A stretch of DNA of 64,000 nucleotides from a virus. Under the pieces are notes generated by a model. That model was not told the DNA's origin, did no database searches, and saw only the letters and a program-made list of their open reading frames with translations. The translations under genes were made by a program, and so were the position numbers. The DNA lies in the IMG/VR virus record IMGVR_UViG_3300031885_000010, positions 2,440 to 66,439 of that record; one strand, written 5' to 3'. How positions within the stretch are numbered: the stretch's first letter is position 1; every line of letters begins with the position of its first letter. This document shows positions 58,818 through 64,000 of the stretch, piece by piece.

Positions 58818-60005
58818 ATGAATCATACTGGTATTAATTTTCCTCGTTATACTATCAAGGGAGCGGCCTCACGGTTGGCTTATGTTTATGAGCATTACAT
58901 TGAAAGTCCATGGCAATTCCTGAGTATGTCTTACCTAACTTGCTTGGGCAGTATGGTTGGAAACAGGATATATTTAAAAAGCGAAATCAAACCTCAGCCA
59001 AGGATGTTTACGGCACTTATTGGAGAGAGTGCCGATGATCGCAAGTCTGAATCCATTCGGCAAGTAACAGATTTCTTTTATCGAACCATAAACAAATATG
59101 GTGTCTCGGATAGCCTGATGCATTCTGGGGAATCGATATTCAAGATGAGTATGGGCGTAGGAAGCGCTGAAGGATTAGCGAAGAGCTTTGGGGGTCAATC
59201 TAATCTCCTGCTTGTTTACGACGAACTCAAAGCATTTGTTTCAAAATCCCAAATAGATGGCTCCGTTCTTCTCCCTTGTGTTAATACTCTTTTTGACAGA
59301 AATGTTTACCACTCAGCGACAAAGAAGACCAATCTTATGTTAGAAAATGTTTTTCTCAGTATGTTATCCGCCTGCACTGCCGAAACTTACAGAAGGATGT
59401 GGACTCCGGCATTCCTCGATATTGGGTTCATCAATCGATTATTCGTTGTTACGGGAAAAGGAGAAAGGAAATTCGCCCTTCCTCAATTAATACCTGAAAA
59501 AGAGAAAATACCATTGGAAGAAGATTTATTGAACATCATTCGTTTTGTAGATTCTCTGCCGAAGGTAGATGGAAAATACTCGATGGGAGTTAGCCTTCCA
59601 GCACAGAATTACTTTGAAGATTGGTACTTATCCTTGGAACCATCCCCTCTAACAAAACGGCTTGATACTTACGGCCATCGGCTGATGATGCTATTTGCCG
59701 TGAATGAAGAAGAGAAATCGGTAATAGCTGATATCGCCGAGAGGGTAATCGTGTTACTCAATTGGGAACTTTGTGCTCGCAGACTCCTTGATCCAGAAGG
59801 TTCAGAAACGAAACTTGCAAGCATTCAGACCAGCATCATTAAAAAATTAACACAGGGACCACATACAAAAAGAGAATTAGAGAAGGCTTGCCATGCCCCA
59901 CGCTTTGGAACCTATTTATGGAAAATGGGATTAAGTGGATTGGTAAACGATAATCAAATAATCTTAACTCTAAAAGGTAAGTATGAACTTGTTTTGGAAG
60001 AATAG
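58818..60005 (+). CDS. DUF3987-like primase-associated helicase/replication protein
   Basis: LIGESADDRKS, SAEGL, VYDEL, GFINR. Confidence 0.75.
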   Translation: MNHTGINFPRYTIKGAASRLAYVYEHYIESPWQFLSMSYLTCLGSMVGNRIYLKSEIKPQPRMFTALIGESADDRKSESIRQVTDFFYRTINKYGVSDSLMHSGESIFKMSMGVGSAEGLAKSFGGQSNLLLVYDELKAFVSKSQIDGSVLLPCVNTLFDRNVYHSATKKTNLMLENVFLSMLSACTAETYRRMWTPAFLDIGFINRLFVVTGKGERKFALPQLIPEKEKIPLEEDLLNIIRFVDSLPKVDGKYSMGVSLPAQNYFEDWYLSLEPSPLTKRLDTYGHRLMMLFAVNEEEKSVIADIAERVIVLLNWELCARRLLDPEGSETKLASIQTSIIKKLTQGPHTKRELEKACHAPRFGTYLWKMGLSGLVNDNQIILTLKGKYELVLEE

Positions 60006-60283
60006 AGTGCCGCCACGTATGCCGCCAAGCGTTTTTAAGGCATTTTATTCAATAATTATAAGTGATTATATATATATTATATATTGAGATAGATAGTCGT
60101 ACTCCCTATACATAAGGGGGGTGGAGGCATTTAAGGTAACACATTGAATATAAACAAGAAGGTGCCATTTTGTGGGTATGGCGTCACCCATGGCGACATT
60201 TAAGCATAGAAAGGAGGAATAAAAACACCTCTCCGAATGGTAGAGGAAACAAAAATCTAACAATTTAAAGGAGGAATTTAATT

Positions 60284-61057
60284 ATGGTAGTACAAAAAAG
60301 TAAACAGGAAGAAGGGGCAAGTCTTCGGCCATCGGATGCAATGGAAGGTGGAGGTTTGCTCGACAATGTGAACGTGATATGGGAGGAAGTAAGATTTCAG
60401 GAATGGGATTACAATGGCACCCAACCCAAGGCTCCGGCACTGAAGGTCATCATGAGGCTGGAGGATGGAGATTTGGCGGAGCAGTATTTTAGTTGTGGAA
60501 AGATCGCTGCTGACGACTACAAGATAGCGGGAGATGGAATAAGGTTAGATAAGAAAGGCAAGACTGCAAGAGCCTTAAGCAAGTCATCTAACTTTATTAT
60601 CCTTATGCAATCTCTCGTTACAGCAGAATTCCCCGAAGACAAGATGGGAATTGATTGCACCATCTTTGAGGGAATGGAGTGCCATATGATTAGGGTGAAA
60701 GAACCTGAGAGAGTAGGACTGGCACCCAGAAAGCCACGGGCAGATGGAAAGGTGTTTGAACGCACCAACTTTGTGGTAGATAATATTATCAAGTTTCCAT
60801 GGGAAAGGAAGGAGGCAGGTAAAGAGAAAAGCAAGGCTGATGATGCAATATCCCAGAAGACCACCGAGGCTGTTATTGCAGTTCTGAAGGCTAATCCCAA
60901 GGGCCTTGATCCTAAGAAACTGGCCGGACAGGTATTCAATAAGACCAAGAGTATGCCTGTTGCACAACTGGCTGCGAAGGAGGATTTCCTGACCGAGGGT
61001 GCCATTGAAGGGAATTGGAGCTTCGAGGATGGGATAGTATCATCGGTTCCTTTTTAA
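60284..61057 (+). CDS. Putative ssDNA-binding protein
   Basis: Replication context, OB-like pattern, C-terminal VPF. Confidence 0.45.
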   Translation: MVVQKSKQEEGASLRPSDAMEGGGLLDNVNVIWEEVRFQEWDYNGTQPKAPALKVIMRLEDGDLAEQYFSCGKIAADDYKIAGDGIRLDKKGKTARALSKSSNFIILMQSLVTAEFPEDKMGIDCTIFEGMECHMIRVKEPERVGLAPRKPRADGKVFERTNFVVDNIIKFPWERKEAGKEKSKADDAISQKTTEAVIAVLKANPKGLDPKKLAGQVFNKTKSMPVAQLAAKEDFLTEGAIEGNWSFEDGIVSSVPF

Positions 61058-61165
61058 GGAATCAGGGCTAAAAAGGCCATCCCGTGCATCCACAATAGCA
61101 TAAAACGCATGAATTTGGGGTAGGATGGGGTAAATTCCCCATTCTTGCCCCAGAGAGGAGGATAG

Positions 61166-61966
61166 ATGGTAGCACCTAAGCTTAAACACACCGAGGTAAC
61201 AAAAGGAAGAATGGAGATGGTTCCTGGGTTCGAGGAAGCATCCACCAATGAGATACTCAGGCTCATACTCAACGTAGAAGGAGGAGAGAAACAAGGGAAG
61301 ACACATTTTGCATTGACAGCTCCTGGACCGATTGCACTCATTGATATGGATATAGGGTTAGAGGGAGTAATATCCAAATTTACTAAGGTCAAGAAGATTT
61401 ATGTAGCCAGTTTCAATTATCGGGATGCCACGGAACCTAAGCAATGGGAAGAAATGTGGAAGAGAATGAAACAATGCTATATGGATTCTCTTGCCAGCAA
61501 GAATATCCGAACATTGATAGTGGATACGGCAACTGAGATGTGGGAACTTGTGCGTATGGCATCCTTCGGGAAATTAACTCAAGTGAAACCACATCATTAT
61601 GCACCCGTCAATGCTGAATTCAGAGACCTACTGAGAAAGGCATACGACAGTAATAAGAATCTCATTCTCATTCATAAACAGAAGAAGGAATATGTCGATG
61701 AGAAATGGACAGGGAATATGGAGAGAGCAGGATTTGGGGATGTAGGATACGCTGTCCAAGCAAATATTATCTCATGGAGAATTACAGCATTAGATGAGAC
61801 GTATGGAAAAGGTAGAGAGGATGGATATAAAGGATTCGGCATTACAATTCGTGATTGCCGTCAAGTGTCGGAATTAGCTGGTACTGAAATCTTGGAGCCA
61901 CTGAACACATTTAGTGTGCTGGCCTCGCAAGTTTTTCCATCGAGTGATGAGAGTGAATGGGAGTAA
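61166..61966 (+). CDS. AAA/RecA-like ATPase (Sak4-like)
   Basis: GGEKQGKT Walker A, LIVDT Walker B. Confidence 0.8.
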   Translation: MVAPKLKHTEVTKGRMEMVPGFEEASTNEILRLILNVEGGEKQGKTHFALTAPGPIALIDMDIGLEGVISKFTKVKKIYVASFNYRDATEPKQWEEMWKRMKQCYMDSLASKNIRTLIVDTATEMWELVRMASFGKLTQVKPHHYAPVNAEFRDLLRKAYDSNKNLILIHKQKKEYVDEKWTGNMERAGFGDVGYAVQANIISWRITALDETYGKGREDGYKGFGITIRDCRQVSELAGTEILEPLNTFSVLASQVFPSSDESEWE

Positions 61967-63273
61967 ATGAAAATGTTGAATACGGCCATTAACATTTTAA
62001 TCCTTAGCATCATTCTCATCCTGGCAGAGCCAATATTATCTGTAAGTGCAGTGATATACTATTATTACTTATTATAGAGAGGATGGTCCATGGATTATTG
62101 TTACTTCTGCCATGGGAATATTATTGAAGGTAGGTGCATTCATTGCGGACGGAGCACAAATATTTCTTATGAATTACGAGTAATGGCAGAGCAGAAGAAG
62201 CCACATCGCAACTTGCATACCTGCACTGAAGAGACGGAGAAGGCATCAAGAAGTGGGAAGAGAAATCCTTATGGGTACGGAAGGAAGGAGGAATGAACAA
62301 TTGCACGACTTGCCAATACGATCACAATGGTGGCCAGTGTCAACAGGGCCACATCCGATGGAATAAGGATCAGCATTGGATCATTGAGAATTGCCATGCA
62401 TGGAAAGAGAAAGAAAGATGCAAATGCTATTATTTTGAGCACGCCTATTATACATCAACCGCCTTTAAGGAATATTTTAACGTTGTCTGTAAGAAATGCG
62501 GGCGGATAATCGAATGAGTCGGCCAACGCAGGAAGAAGATTATGCACGATACTTCACGGCCCTAAAGAAGCAACAAGAGAGAGTAGAGTGGGTTGTTGAG
62601 GGATTGGATGATGACAGATTGACGGTATGGGAAGCAGGATTTATGGAAAGTGTGCAGAAGCAGTCGGAGAATGGAAGATTCCTGTCGGATAGACAGATGG
62701 AAATAATTGAACGTATATATAAAGAGAAGGCACAATGAGTATTACCAAATGGGTATGGAGGAAGAAGAAAATGAATGTCACAGACCGAGCCGAGATGACT
62801 GAGGGTGTTGAACGATGTATGGCTACTGGATATAAGGAATGCCCATATTGTGAAGAGGAGATGGTAAGGGGAACTTGTAAGGATTGCGGATGGAATTTAA
62901 GCAGAGAGTATCCACCAATGGAGAATGAATGACCGATTGGCGAGCCAGTGGGATTGAACAATGTACCAAATGTAGGGAGTTGCTTACATGTAATATTTAC
63001 TGGTTCCCAATGATACATGAAGGATTATGTGTGTGCAGGAAGTGTTTGGGATATGAGAAGAAGATCAGGTATAATGCCTATGGGATGGAGATAGAGGAAT
63101 AGATGAATACTTATTGCCAAGACTGTACTCATTATCCATGTCCTGATATTGAAGATGATGATACGGAGATATTGGATTGTGATTACAAAGAAAGAGATAA
63201 TGAGATTGATACAGATAATATGACAACCAGTGGGCATGATTGCTATGGATCATTGGAATAAAGGAGGAATGAA

Positions 63274-63966
63274 ATGAGAGAACTACTTAAGGAGGATTTG
63301 CATCATGTGGTAACATCATTACCAAAGGATGTAATAGAATTGATTAAGAAGTATCCGACATTGATGGTAGCAGGTGGATTTATCCGATCAGTGATTGCGG
63401 AAGAGAGGGTAAGTGATATAGACTTGTTCGGAGATAAAGTAGAGACATTGAAACAGGCAGCACAGGAGCTTACCATCTCCAGAAAAGGGAGGATGCATGA
63501 GACGGCCAATGGTATAACGGTACTGGCTCCTCCACGGATGCCGATACAATTTATCACTCGGTGGACATATCCAGCCATGATACAACCATTACTTGATTCC
63601 TTTGATTTTACAATATGTCAGGCTGTTATTTGGTACATAGGAGAAGACATCAATAGATGGAATGGTCGTTGTAGTGATCGTTTCTATGAGGATCTTGCCG
63701 CTCGTCGATTATATTATACTTCTCCTACACGGGAAGAGGAGTCAGGGGGATCATTACTCCGTGTAAGGAAATTTCTGATGAAGGGATATACGATACAGGC
63801 ATGGAGTTTGGGGATGGTAGTAGCAAGATTGGTGAGCAAGATTGATCCTGAGAAGTTAGGTGGACACGAAGTGGGAACAATCATTGTGGGACTACTAAGG
63901 GAAGTCGATCCCTTACGTGTAATAGACGGTCTGGATATGGTGGATGAACATGACCATATTCACTGA
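63274..63966 (+). CDS. Nucleotidyltransferase (poly-A-polymerase-head-like) protein
   Basis: VAGGFIRS...DIDLF...FDFTICQ. Confidence 0.75.
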   Translation: MRELLKEDLHHVVTSLPKDVIELIKKYPTLMVAGGFIRSVIAEERVSDIDLFGDKVETLKQAAQELTISRKGRMHETANGITVLAPPRMPIQFITRWTYPAMIQPLLDSFDFTICQAVIWYIGEDINRWNGRCSDRFYEDLAARRLYYTSPTREEESGGSLLRVRKFLMKGYTIQAWSLGMVVARLVSKIDPEKLGGHEVGTIIVGLLREVDPLRVIDGLDMVDEHDHIH

Positions 63967-64000
63967 TTCCCGTACCGGATCTGTAGAACTGGCAGACTTA

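Noticed and set aside
63970-64000. Possible 5' part of a tRNA (GAACTGGCAGAC resembles a D-loop)
   Set aside because: Truncated by the window edge; the cloverleaf cannot be verified.
1-64000. Genome-wide stop-codon reassignment
   Set aside because: Only two in-frame stops were noticed and they are different codons (TAA, TGA); long genes are intact in code 11.

Overview
The whole window is tailed-phage DNA with podovirus-like architecture: ejection proteins and no clear tail tube or sheath. The host is unknown. Layout: 1-4.2 kb (+) small accessory genes; 4.2-46.5 kb (-) late operon with terminase, portal, scaffold, major capsid, a 7-enzyme glycosylation cluster, tail/ejection proteins including a 2006-aa polyvalent protein, and lysis genes; 46.5-47.7 kb non-coding divergent control region; 47.7-64 kb (+) early and replication genes plus tRNA-Pro. 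Most notable: (1) an integron-like attC gene-cassette array at 30-1568 with no integrase in the window, in which two attC sites carry the RBS and ATG for the next cassette; (2) a major capsid gene split by two tandem group I introns around a 33-nt micro-exon; (3) a synonymously recoded duplicate of the terminase 3' end; (4) a repeated hairpin element upstream of early genes; (5) several intergenic G-U-rich structured RNA candidates; (6) four small proteins ending in A-x-P-L; (7) a Tad1-like anti-defence sponge. All calls are from reading the sequence by eye; no searches were run.
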